Shown one piece after another: positions 37,515 through 48,923 of a stretch of 64,000 nucleotides of DNA. Under the pieces are notes generated by a model. That model saw only the letters and a list, made by a program, of their open reading frames with translations, was not told the DNA's origin and ran no database searches. The stretch comes from Antechinus flavipes (lineage: Eukaryota). Position numbers and translations under genes: made by a program. The DNA lies in contig NC_067399.1 of the NCBI RefSeq assembly GCF_016432865.1, positions 583,854,001 through 583,918,000 on the forward strand, in the 5' to 3' direction. The number at the start of each line of letters is the position of its first letter. Positions within the stretch are counted from its first letter, which is position 1.

Positions 37515-40360
37515 AAACGTTCCATGTCTAATGTCATGGAAGGGTCCACAGACTGGTTGGCAGCTCAGGGAAGTCTTGGTAACTCAGGCAAGTGCATCTT
37601 TCAGATCACAACCACCCTGTCTCTCCTAAGTATTTGGCATCTCTGCAGACCCTTAAGAAGAGATATTTTCCATTGCAATGACAACAGTTGGCAGGGGTGG
37701 GCAGATGTGATACAAAGTACAGTCTAACTGCCAGGGATAGTTCTGGCACACAGGCTGGCAGGGGAAAAGCTTTCTATCTGGGATGAGGAAAATGCTCCCT
37801 CCAGATGTGGGCACCAGAGAATAAAACCTCATTTTGCTAGTTCTGGTTATGGCTCTGTGACTTTGTGCCCTGCTATTTTCTATCCTTGCAAGCCCTGTCC
37901 AAAAAGAGAAAGCATTTGAATTTTTCTATGTATGCTGGGAAAGTTTGTTTCTTATCTCCTAGCTGAAATCCTGAACAATTTAAGCTCTTCTTCTTCTGGA
38001 GAGAAAATGAATTGTTTTTAGACTTGACTCCCTGGGGAGAAACAGATTGCCTTATCTTGCCTTGGCTAAGAAAACTGCTTTTCTCCGAGATTGTCCAAAG
38101 GGATTGTGATTTACCGGTGTCTTCAAGTGGGTAGAGGAGCACTGATGGGTGTGAGGCACTAGAAACAACACCCTGAGCCCATCATCTCCCTTCCTTTGTC
38201 CTCCTGAGCATCAATCCTTTGACAACTGCAGGTCAGAACAGTCATGGCAGTGAAAGCAGGCAGAGGGTGAGTTAAAGGGGCTAAAGGCCACATTTCTGGG
38301 GCTGAAACAAAAGGAAAATGTTCCTTATCTTCCTATAGCCTGTGGTGAGGATGTCATCCATGTCATGGGTGGCTTTCTGGCTCCAGAATCCTGATCCAAA
38401 GGACAGCTGGACTGTCTCTTGTACTATTTCTACTTTACTCAACACCTCCAAACTTCCTTAGTAGAGATATGTTGCTTTGAAATCTGAAAGATGTGAATTC
38501 AAAGCCTGCCTCTCAGTCTCAATTTCCCCATCTACAAAATAAGGAGAGTGATTTTGATGACCCCTAAGGTCTCCAGTTCTAAACCTATGAACCTATGATG
38601 TCTAGTGAAGCTAATTGTTGAAACTTCACTCATAGGGTCAATAAATTGTTTGGTCTCAGGCTATTACCCAAAGCTTTGATTTACACAGTTGTGAACCCAT
38701 TGTTGACCCATTGTCAACAAGGTTATAGAAACCAGGTGACAGAGGGCCAGCATTTTTGAAGGCTAAAAGGCACTAGCTCATCAAGTCAAAGACCTGAGTT
38801 CAAGTCCTAATCTTAATTCATTGTATAGTCTGGGCAGAGTTTTGATCTATAAAGTATGGGGATACTTTTTGACCCTGAAGATATATTTATAGCTTTGATG
38901 ATTGAATTTTTTAACTCAACTTAACCATTAACTTTACCTCTCTGAATTTCAGTTTCTTCGCCTGTAATATAGAAATTACAATGGCACCCACCTCAAACAG
39001 TTGTTGAAATGAAATAATACATGAAAAATATGAAATGAAATGAATTAACATATGTAATAATGTATTTAAAATTTGAAATAATATCTGAATGAAAACTATA
39101 TAAATTAAATAATATATGTAAAATTTTTGGTAAGCCCTAAAACAATACATAAATCAGGAGATCTTAAGCTGGGATCCATGGCTTGTTTTATAGAAATATC
39201 TTGATAACAATCAATTATTAATATAATAGTATGATATTAATTTTTCTCATAACTATATTTCAATATAATTGGCTTCCTTTGTAATTCCATTTATTTTATG
39301 CTTTTAAAAAGCATTGTTCTGAGAGGGGGGGTCTGTGGGTTTCAGCAGACTGCTAAAAAAATCTGTGGCATAAAAATGATTATGAACCTTTGATAACTAA
39401 CTATGTTGGTTATCATCATTTTCATTGTTATAAGAAGAAGAATGGATTTGGACTCCCCTCTACATTTCCTTCTAGCAGCTTGGGTCCTGCAATGGCCATA
39501 GTTTTCCGCAGCCTTCCTTCCTTAAGTAGAAGGATTGTGCATTGGAGTTGGCCAGAAATAAAACAGTCTTCTCAATGAGTACATCACTTTTACCAGACCT
39601 CTTTATTCTGAAATAGCAAGTGACATGTGTGAACTATATTTGGAAGCTACAATATCCATCCATTTAGATAAATAGGTAATTATGGTGATGAATAGCAGCT
39701 GTGATATTAAGGCGAGTAAAGCAAGATAAGAGTTGGGAACAACAGCCTGAGTCTGTTGAAGTTTTATGCTGGAATTATGGAGTGATTAAATCAACTTTCC
39801 ACATGCTTAGGCCTGCTGGAGAAAATGAAGTAGGAAAAATGACTCCTAAATTTTTGGTGGCAGGTCTTTGCTTTTTTTCTTCTCTGCTGCCCATTGTTCA
39901 TCAGCTGTTCATCAGTCAATGACTTGAGTATGGGAATGGGATAGGGACAAGAGGATAAAGAGGAGGTGCTTTTCCCCAGAACTCTTGAGAAAGTTTCCTC
40001 TCCTGTATTGGACCCACTTAGTACATTGAGGGAACTGATTGATGGTTGGATAAGCATTGGATACTAGATAAAGCAGTGGATAGAGGAGATTGTCAGACAT
40101 TTGAAGTTAAGAAGATCTGAATTCAATCCTGACTTAGACACTCTGTGTGAATATAATCTCTCTCAGCCTTAGTTTCCCCATCTATAAAATAAGGGGAGTG
40201 GCTTTGACCTCCTTCATCTCTAAGCCCATGATCTTATGACCACTAGTGAAGCTAATTGTTGAAACTTCACAGATAAGGTCTCTAAATTATTTGGTCTCAG
40301 GTTATTCTCCAAAGTTTTGATCAGACAGGTTGTATCCCATTGTAGACCCAAGCTTCAAAT

Positions 40361-40553
40361 CAATAAGGTATATATATAAATATCATATAGGTAATTAATA
40401 TATATATCAATATTATATAGGTAATTTATACATATATATCAATATCATATAGGTAATGCATATATATATCAATATCTATCTATCTATATCAATATCTATA
40501 TCTATATCTATATCTATATCTATATCTATATCTATATATATATCAATAAGGTA
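40361..40553. repeat. AT-rich minisatellite (about 30-bp units) plus (TATATC)n
   Basis: Units resemble CAATATCATATAGGTAAT..ATATATAT, followed by a (TCTATA)n run. The block is bounded by CAATAAGGTA at 40361 and 40544. Confidence 0.85.
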
Positions 40554-40759
40554 ATACAAACCAGGTGGCAGAAGGCCATCAGCCTTGTGGACTAAAAGGC
40601 ACTAAATGAGGAGATGACACCTGAGTTCAAGTTCTGATGTTAATTTATTATGTATTGTCTGTTAATTTTGATCTATAAAATATGGGGATACAAATCTTTG
40701 ACTTTCTTTCTCCTCAGTCCTCACCATTCTATCTACCTCTTTTTATTTTCATTTTGCAG

Positions 40760-40859
40760 ATTGCAGAACTTCTGTTTAATGCTCTAAATCAGAACTTGAT
40801 CCAGTTTGAGCTCAAGCCAGGGGTCCAAGTCATTGTCTATGTCACTCAGTTGACATTAG
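40760..40859 (+). CDS. SORCS3: SORCS3 exon: IAELLFNALNQNLIQFELKPGVQVIVYVTQLTL
   Basis: attttgcag acceptor, G|gtgagt donor, 100 nt, phase 0/1. Confidence 0.96.
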
Positions 40860-41846
40860 GTGAGTGCCCACAGAGGAGAGGAGGTGGTTTTAGGGGCTGT
40901 AATTTTTGATCTTTAGAATGAAAAGGAAATGAAAGCCTTTCTTCTTAGTTTCTATAAAAAATATGCTTTTTACAAGTTCTTTTGTTTTTAGTGACCCAAT
41001 AGAAATCCTTAACCATATGGGAAAATAACATGATAGGGAGAAAATACTGTATCATAAGTTAAATAAACAGATTGCTGTGTATCTTTGGATTAAAAAAAAA
41101 ATACTGCTTTCTAGGCTTCCATTTCCTTGTAAGGAAATTGACACCATTTGGTGAGTTGATATTTAAAGTGTCTTCCCATTCAATATATTCTATAAAAGTT
41201 GGTTAAGAAGGTGGGGTGAAGCTCAATCATTGTAAAAAGGAATGGAGAATGTAGATGCCCAAGTCCCTCCTGTGCTATCTGTCTGTCCCCAGCCCAGAAT
41301 GGTCAGGTCTTGAAGTTTATCCTTAAATCTTTCCAGTGAATGGAGTGTTTCTCTATATCCCAAATGTGGAAGCTTTTCAGAGCATCAGGCCAGTTGGGCT
41401 TCTGAGGATTCAGTAGAGAAACAGAATGAAATAATTCATTATTATTTCACCTTGAATGCCTTAAGTAACTGCACACAATAGTTGTCCCAAAGTACTTTGA
41501 GCAGACAGAGAACATTCCAGCCTTCCTCCTGCTTTCCTCAGCTGGGTATAGATTACCTAAAGAATAGTAAGTTTACTCAAGCAGAGTCTGTCGTGATCTT
41601 TTATCTGAGAAACAGTGGTCCATGGCTTTCTCCCTGATGGAGGCCATGAGCTCAAAACAAAATGCAGCTTGTGTGTATGAATTGCCTTTGCAAAACAGCA
41701 GGTGAGGCAATGAGAAACAACAGATAAGCAAAGCAACTGGCTTGCCTCTTTTCTCAGGACAGAGCTAATATTTCTCCCAATTTCCCTTCCCCTCCCCAGA
41801 GAAGAACATATATAGAGAACTTCCTAGTATTTTTTATTCCTTTCAG

Positions 41847-41952
41847 CTCCACTTGTGGACTCCAGCACAGGGCACAGCAGCTCAGCAATGTTGATGCTTT
41901 TGTCTGTAGTCTTTGTGGGCTTGGCTGTCTTCTTGATCTATAAGTTTAAAAG
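41847..41952 (+). CDS. SORCS3: SORCS3 transmembrane exon: (A)PLVDSSTGHSSSAMLMLLSVVFVGLAVFLIYKFK(R)
   Basis: cctttcag acceptor, AG|gtaagt donor, 106 nt, phase 1/2; hydrophobic helix followed by the basic stop-transfer KFKR. Confidence 0.97.
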
Positions 41953-43871
41953 GTAAGTGCTAACCACTTTCAGTTTTACCTTGGGAATTGGACAAGGAGA
42001 GCGAGTTGTTGTCTTCCTTGTACCTAGACTCTACCTCCCCTCCCAGACTACCCAAAGGGCATTAGAGTAGATGACATTCACAGCTGGAGTTTCCCTATAT
42101 CTGTTTTTCTGTGTTCTTCAATTAACTTGTGTTTTTCTAACTTTATTTATAAATTCCTTGAGGTTAGGATTTGCTATCTTATTTATTCTTGCACACAATA
42201 GGTATTTAATAGATAATTATTTATTGAAAGAAGGAATGAAGGACTAAATGAGTAGAAAAATGAATAAGTGGATAGATAAGTAGAAAATGGATGAATGAGT
42301 GGATAGATGGATGGATAAATGGTGGCTGGATGTATGATGATTATGTGGGCAGAGTAGTTTCTTTGTTCCAAATAAAGTCATAAAGAAGCAAAAGGAAATA
42401 AGCTAACAAGTATCATTTCTTTTTATTTCTCTTTGATCTTCAAGTTTACCTCTGCAACCACATATCTTACTCCTCAGGATGGCCCCTAGTTCCTACCGTT
42501 CTGATACTTGAATGATCACAGAAATAGCTTTTTATGCTGTAAATGATTTTTTAAAAGAACAAAAAAATCTCCCCTCACAAATTTAACTGGCAATAATTTA
42601 GTTAACATTCATATACTAAAATTACTCACCTTCCATCTCTCAGTTTTTCCTAATCAATTTCCTTTTAAAAACTTAGAGGAAAAATAACACAACTCTGCAT
42701 GTGTTCAGGAAAAAAAAAATCCGAAAGCAATGGGAGTTGAATCATAAAAGAATAATTCAGGACATGAAATTGTAATCAATAGTTCTATTCCATTAGTTCT
42801 CAATTGTAGTTCCTCTATTAGCAAAAAGGATATATTCCACTGATGAGCCTCTTTGGCAGAAACTTTATAACCAGAGGCAGAAATAAAATAGACAGCATAT
42901 GGATGACATCTAAGGTATAGGGATAGAGGTGGAGACGGGGAAGGAGGCTACAGAATGAAAAATCATTAAATAATAATGTCACCAGGCAATTTAAAATGTT
43001 CTTGAGAGACTGTAAGGGGACAGAGCAAGTTCCATCTAGGTTGAATGCAGGAAACTAGGGGATACAGGAACAAAGGGATTCCAACCTTCACCTGGAATCC
43101 CCCCTTGACTTCCCTCTGTAGTCTCAAGTCCTATAATACTTTCATCTTATCTATTTCTCCTTCCCACGGATCTGGCTACCTATGGGCTGAAGCCTAAAAT
43201 ACTTTTAACTAAGGACCAAATTTTTCTTTCCATAGTGAATGTAAAAAAGCTTCAAATGCCCAGCTGATTTTCAACTTATTAGACAAATCACTTGAACATA
43301 TAATGAAAAATTATCACTTTCTTTGATTTGATTGGAGAAAAGGGAAAGAACTGGGAAAAGGAAGAATGAGTGGTTTACTGATACAGGAAGTAGAGCTTAG
43401 GGGAAAAAAATAAGAATATTGAAGACTGTTTAGTTCTAGGATAGTGAAGTAGTGCTTGGAAGTACCTTGCTTATGTCAAACACAATTATTGAATCCTGTG
43501 ATTTATAGAGATCCCTTTTTGCTTTTTTCCTCCCCTTCCTTTCTTTCTTGGTTTTACTTCGAACCCCATTGACTTCCTTAAAATGAGCACCATTCATTGA
43601 GATAGCACTGTACAATAAATTCTCCTGCTCCCCATACCACATCAGGAGCAATTCTGTCCCTTTGGAGGGTCCAGACAATCCACAGTTCACTATGGAGCTA
43701 CATGAGAACTACAGTGTCAATCAATAAACCCCGACTTTTAAAAAAGTAACCGGCATCCCGTACACTCTTTCTTGAATATCAAAAAATTTTGGAGTTGCTC
43801 CCCAGGCTCCTAGCCAGAGCTTCAGGCCTCCTTCCCACTGATGCACGGCTTCTTTATTTCCTCTCTGCCAG

Positions 43872-43925
43872 GTCAGCTGCATCTGTAAATCTTTCAGTTC
43901 CATTAGGCACAAAGAATCGCAGGCT
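43872..43925 (+). other. Candidate alternative SORCS3 exon (54 nt, phase 2/2): (R)SAASVNLSVPLGTKNRR(L)
   Basis: Branch-like CACTGAT, pyrimidine tract GGCTTCTTTATTTCCTCTCTGCCAG acceptor, CT|GTGAGT donor, open in the SORCS3 frame. There is no transcript evidence. Confidence 0.4.
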
Positions 43926-45434
43926 GTGAGTGCCTGGCTCCTGGACACAGACTTTGCTTCTGTTTCTTCTGGGGAAATTGAACTTTCTAGATCATTGGCT
44001 TGGCTCTGCTTTCAAACTCCAACCTTTCTCTTCACAGCTCCCCAGTCATTGCCCCCAAGGGCTGACCAGCAGGAGGAGAAGGTCTGAGTCACATTGCCAG
44101 CCCTAACTACACTTTAAGTAACCGTGAGACTGCCATCCCCTATTTGGTGTGTGGATGTGAATAACATCCAATAATGCCGCTGTAATAAAAATACAATTTA
44201 AATACATAATATAAAATAAATATATAATAAAAATTATATAAAACATAGTTATATGCAATTAAATATAATTACAATATAAAACAAAGTAATATAAAATATT
44301 AATATAAAACAAAGGCACAAGCATTTCTCAAACTGTTCTCATCATACTAAGATATCCAATTTCTTGAGGAAATGTTTGAAGTTGTTAAAGTACTTTGTGG
44401 CTTTGCCGGCATGGCCTTGCCATTGTAATTGTACCTATTTTATTATTTAATGCTGTCTCTGAAGGTCTCTAGGCACATTGTGTGTGAGACACAAACAAAG
44501 ATAATGTTTGTTAGCTGAAAAAGCTGGAAAGAGCATCAGACCCTGGCTCAGGAGGCCCAAGTGCCATTCAATAGTTGGTGGGCCTAAGGCAAGTCTTCTA
44601 ATCTTTCTGTAAAATGAACTAATTTTTTTCTTACAATGTCCCAAGACCATTGAAGGAATTGAAAATAAAATGCTGAAGCACTCCATCTAAGCTATGTTAT
44701 TATGCAGATATGAAAGTAGAATTTTTTTGCCTTCAATGTATCATTGGATAACCTGGGAAATGACCAGAGAAAAATCTGTTTAAATCTTTCCCATTGTTGC
44801 ATTGATTCACATGATCAGATATGGTAGAGAGTATTTGGTTCATTTAAACATTTTTATTCAGTTGTTTCTTGAGATAATTTCAGTAAAAGTTTAGTGTAAA
44901 ACTGTGGATTTGGCTTTGAGGGAAGGCAAAGTTGTTATTTCAATCACATTTGACTCTTGTTGTCCCTATTTGGGGTTTTCTTGGCAAGGATCCTGGAGTG
45001 GTTTGCCATTTTCTCCTCCAGTTCATTTTACAGGTGAGAAAACTGAGACAAACAGTATTAAGTGGCTTGCTTGGCGGCACATAACTAGCAAGTATCTGAG
45101 TTAAAATCTGAACTCATAAAGTTGAGTTTTTCATTGCACCATACAGGACTTAGTTTCCATCTTAACTTATGTTTTTCTGCACAACGGAACTCTACTTATT
45201 TTGGGGGAATTTACTTTTGCTTTGGAAGTCAAAGGACTGGGGAGGGTCTAGAATGGGCTCTAACACTAACAAAAAATGAGATATTGGGCAAGACACTTCC
45301 CTTCTCTGGGCCACAATTTGCTTTTCTGTAAAATACAGGAGGTCCTGGGGGGGTAGGACCTAAGATAGGTCTCTGCTCTCCCTTTTTGCTGTGATCCAGT
45401 TGTGTTTGATTCCTTCATAAAAAGTCAGTGTGAT

Positions 45435-48400
45435 GAAAATGGCTGAGTAAATGCTGGAATTTGACCAACTTCTCCATCAAACTGCTCCAAATTTCTTTAA
45501 ATAATATCTCCAAACTAATTTTAGGGCATCACAACACCCAAAAAATGGAGTAGAACGTTTTTCAGCCAAAGGCAATTTAGCAGCTTAGCAGAAAAGGCCT
45601 GTGGAACCCAGGGTAGGAGCTTAGCCCACAATCCCAGGGCAGACCCAGGCCCAGCTCCAGCCAGACCCCAGAATTAGCTGGTTGGAACCTCTGCATCAGT
45701 AGCAGTGCTGGAGGCTTCTGGATCTCAGTCCCAGGATACGAGGGAAGACTCTGAAGGTTAGCAGAGAGAGTCTGTGGCAACAGGGTGGGAATGTGGTGTG
45801 CAGTCCCAGCATAGCCCCAGTCCTGGCCAGCACACTAGATCTTACAGTCACAGTGAGGCTGGGACACACTTAACAGCTACAGGGCAGAAAAGAATGATTG
45901 TGATCAGATTTCTGGAAGGATTTCTGGAAACAGCTGCACAAAAACCCTGAAACTTGGGATAATGCATCCTCCACCCTGGAAATAGAGCACTACTTTAACA
46001 AAGAATTAAAAGCAGAGGAATAGGCTAGGAAAATAGCAGAAAACAAAAAAAATGTTTCTGACCATTGAAAATTATTATGATGACAAAGATCAAAACACGC
46101 ACTAAGAAGATAACAAAGTCAAAGCTTCTACAGCCAAAGCCTCAAAGGAAAATAAGAACTGAGCTCAGGTAATGGAAGGGCTCAAAAGGGACTTTGAAAA
46201 TCAAGTAAAAGAAATAGAGGAAAAATTAGGGAAAGAATTGAGAGGTGCAAAAGGAAATATAAAAAACTAATAAGGAGAAGAATGCCCTAAAGAACAAAAT
46301 TAGCCAATTGGGAAAGGAAGTACAAAAGCTCACTAAGGAAAATAATTTCTAGAAAAATAAATAGAATTGAGTGAATGGAAACTAATGATTTTATGAGAAA
46401 TCAAGATACAATAAAGCAAAACCAAAAAATGTGAATTATCTCATTGAAAAAAAATTGACCTAGAAAATACATCCAAGAGAGATAATTTTAAAATTATTGG
46501 TCTACGTGAATGGCATGATCAAAAAAAGAGCCTGGACATTGTCTTTCAAGAAATTATCAAGGAAAATTGTCCTGGTATTCTAGAACCAGAGGGTAAAATA
46601 GAAATGGAAAGAATCCACTAATCGTCTCTTGTAAGAGATCCCCAAATAAAAACTCCCAGGAATATTGTAGCCAAATTCCAGAACTCCCCGGTCAAGGAGA
46701 ACATATTGCAAACATCTAGAAACAATTCAAGTATAGTGGAGCCACAGTCATAATAACACAGATTTAGCAGCTTCTACATTAAAGGACCAGAGGGCTTGGA
46801 ATATGATATTCTTGAGAGCAAAGAAACTAGGCTTTCACCAAGAATCACCTACCCAGAAAACTTCTTCAGAGGAAAAAGGTGGTCATTCAATGAAACAGAG
46901 GATTTTCATGCATTCATGATGAAATGAAAATAGAGCTGAATGGAAAATTTGATTTTCAAATATAGGATTCTGGAGAAGCATAAGGAAATAATCTGGAAAG
47001 TGATTTCATAAGGGAATTAATGAGGTTTATATGTTTATATTCCTACATGGGAGGATGATACTTATAACTCATTAGAATATTCTCATTATTATAACAGAAA
47101 GAATATATATATATACATATATATGTAGAGAGAGAAGGGGGGAGGTATGAGTGTGAGTTGAATGTGAAAGAATAATTTTTTAAATTATGAAATTAAGGGG
47201 TGAGGGATCAATGTACTGAGAGAAAGTGAAAGGGAGAAGTGGAATAGTGCAAATTATCTGCCATAAAAAAGAGGCAAGGAAAAAAAAAAAACATTTACAG
47301 TTGAGGGCAAGAGGGGGAATAAAGAGGTGATGAGCGAACCTTACTTTCATCAGAATTGGCTCAAATAGGAAATAAAATACATACTCAATAGAGGTCTTAC
47401 CCTGCAGGAAAATAGGAAGGGAATGGGATTTGAGAAGGGGAAAGGGAGATAAAAGAGAGGGCATATTAGAGGAAGAAAAGGCTCAATAGCAAAACACCTT
47501 TGAGGAGTGACAGGGTAAAAAGAGAGAGAGAAAAAATGGGAAGGGGAAGAAATATAATTAGCAATAGTAATTATTAAAAAAATTCAAATTAAGTTTCTCT
47601 GCTAAGACCTCATTTCTCAAATATAAAGGGATCTGGATCAAATTAATAAAAAAAAATAAGTCATGCCCCAATTGATAATGATCAAAAGATATCTGTGCCC
47701 AAAGGGCTGAAAATTCATTCATGTCCTTTGACCTAATAATACCCCTACTAGACATGAATACCAAAAGTGATTTGGTTTAAAAAAAAACAGTAAAAAAGGA
47801 GAAATGACCTATATGTACAAAAATATTTATAGCAGCTCTTTTCTCAGGACAAAAAAAAATTAGAAATTGAGGGTATGTCCATCAATTGGAGAATGGCTCA
47901 ATAAACTATGGTATATGTTTGTGATGGAATACTATTGTTCTCTGGGAAATGATGAGCAGAATTCTTTCAGGTTTTAAAAAAAAAAAACTGGAAAATTCTC
48001 CATGAACAAAGTGAAATATGCTGTATACAAAGTAATAGCAATGTTCTGGGATGACCAAATGTAAATGACTTTGCTATTCTCAGTAATATAAAACACTCAT
48101 GACTACTCTGAAGGATTTTTGATGAAAAATCCTATTCATACCTAGAGAAGGAACTGATTGTGTCTGAATGCAGGTTGACGCATTCTCTGTCTCTCTCTCT
48201 TTCTTTTTAACTTAATTTTTTTGGTGATTTTTATTTTCATTTGGGTGGGAGACCTATATTTTCTTTCACAACTTGACTTTTATGGAAATGTTTTGCATAA
48301 CTTCACATGTGATTTTGTAAGTGTGGATGGAGATAATGGAGAGGAACTAGAGCTCAAAAATCTTAACAGTTGTAAAAAATCTTTTGAATGTAACTGGGGA

Positions 48401-48497
48401 AAAACACTAAATAAATAATAAATAAGCAAAACCAATAAATAAATAAATGACTGAATAAAGGACATCAAATAAATAAATAATTGTTTTTTTTTTAAAG
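45435..48497 (+). mobile_element. About 3-kb L1 derivative with 5'UTR, decayed ORF1, almost no ORF2, and L1 3' end (HAL1-like or internally deleted L1)
   Basis: ORF1p remnant LENTSKRDNFKIIGLREWHDQKKSLDIVFQEIIKENCPGILEPEGKIEMERIH*SSLVRDPQIKTPRNIVAKFQNS (from about 46460). After a spacer it jumps straight to ORF2 C-terminal remnants (from about 47585: ..PFDL.IPLL..; KIFIAALF..CPSIGEWLNKLWYM..MEYYC), then a 3'UTR and AATAA-rich tail. A possible eroded TSD is AAGTCAGTGTGAT / AAGCCAATGTGAT. Confidence 0.85.
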
Positions 48498-48923
48498 AAG
48501 CCAATGTGATTCTATTATCTCTATCACCACTTTTCCACTAACATGTAAAGATCACAAACCATGAGAGTAGGAGACTGGAGATCTGAAGTGGAATTTAGAG
48601 GCTTGTCTATTTGGTAATCCATTTGGGATGCTCCTGACAGTGTACTGGAATGAATGGTAAGCTTGGAATGAGAAGATCTGCTTTTAAATTCACCACTTGC
48701 TTCAAAATCCCCATGTAATCTTGATGGCCATCCATTTCCATCATCTACAAAATGAAGAATTTGCATTCAAAACTAATCATGGTCTTTTTCCAGTTTTGAA
48801 TTTTACAACTCTAACAGCTCTCCTCTGTCCATCTCAGCTTTTTCTCCAATGAAAAAGAATTTTGTGTTTTGCTTACTATGTCTTTGGCCTGCCTTACTGT
48901 TGCTATCTTTCACATCACCACAG

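Noticed and set aside
40760-40766. Second AG 7 nt inside the exon (GCAG|ATTGCAG|AACT)
   Set aside because: Its use would shift the frame; the first AG gives the correct SORCS3 peptide.
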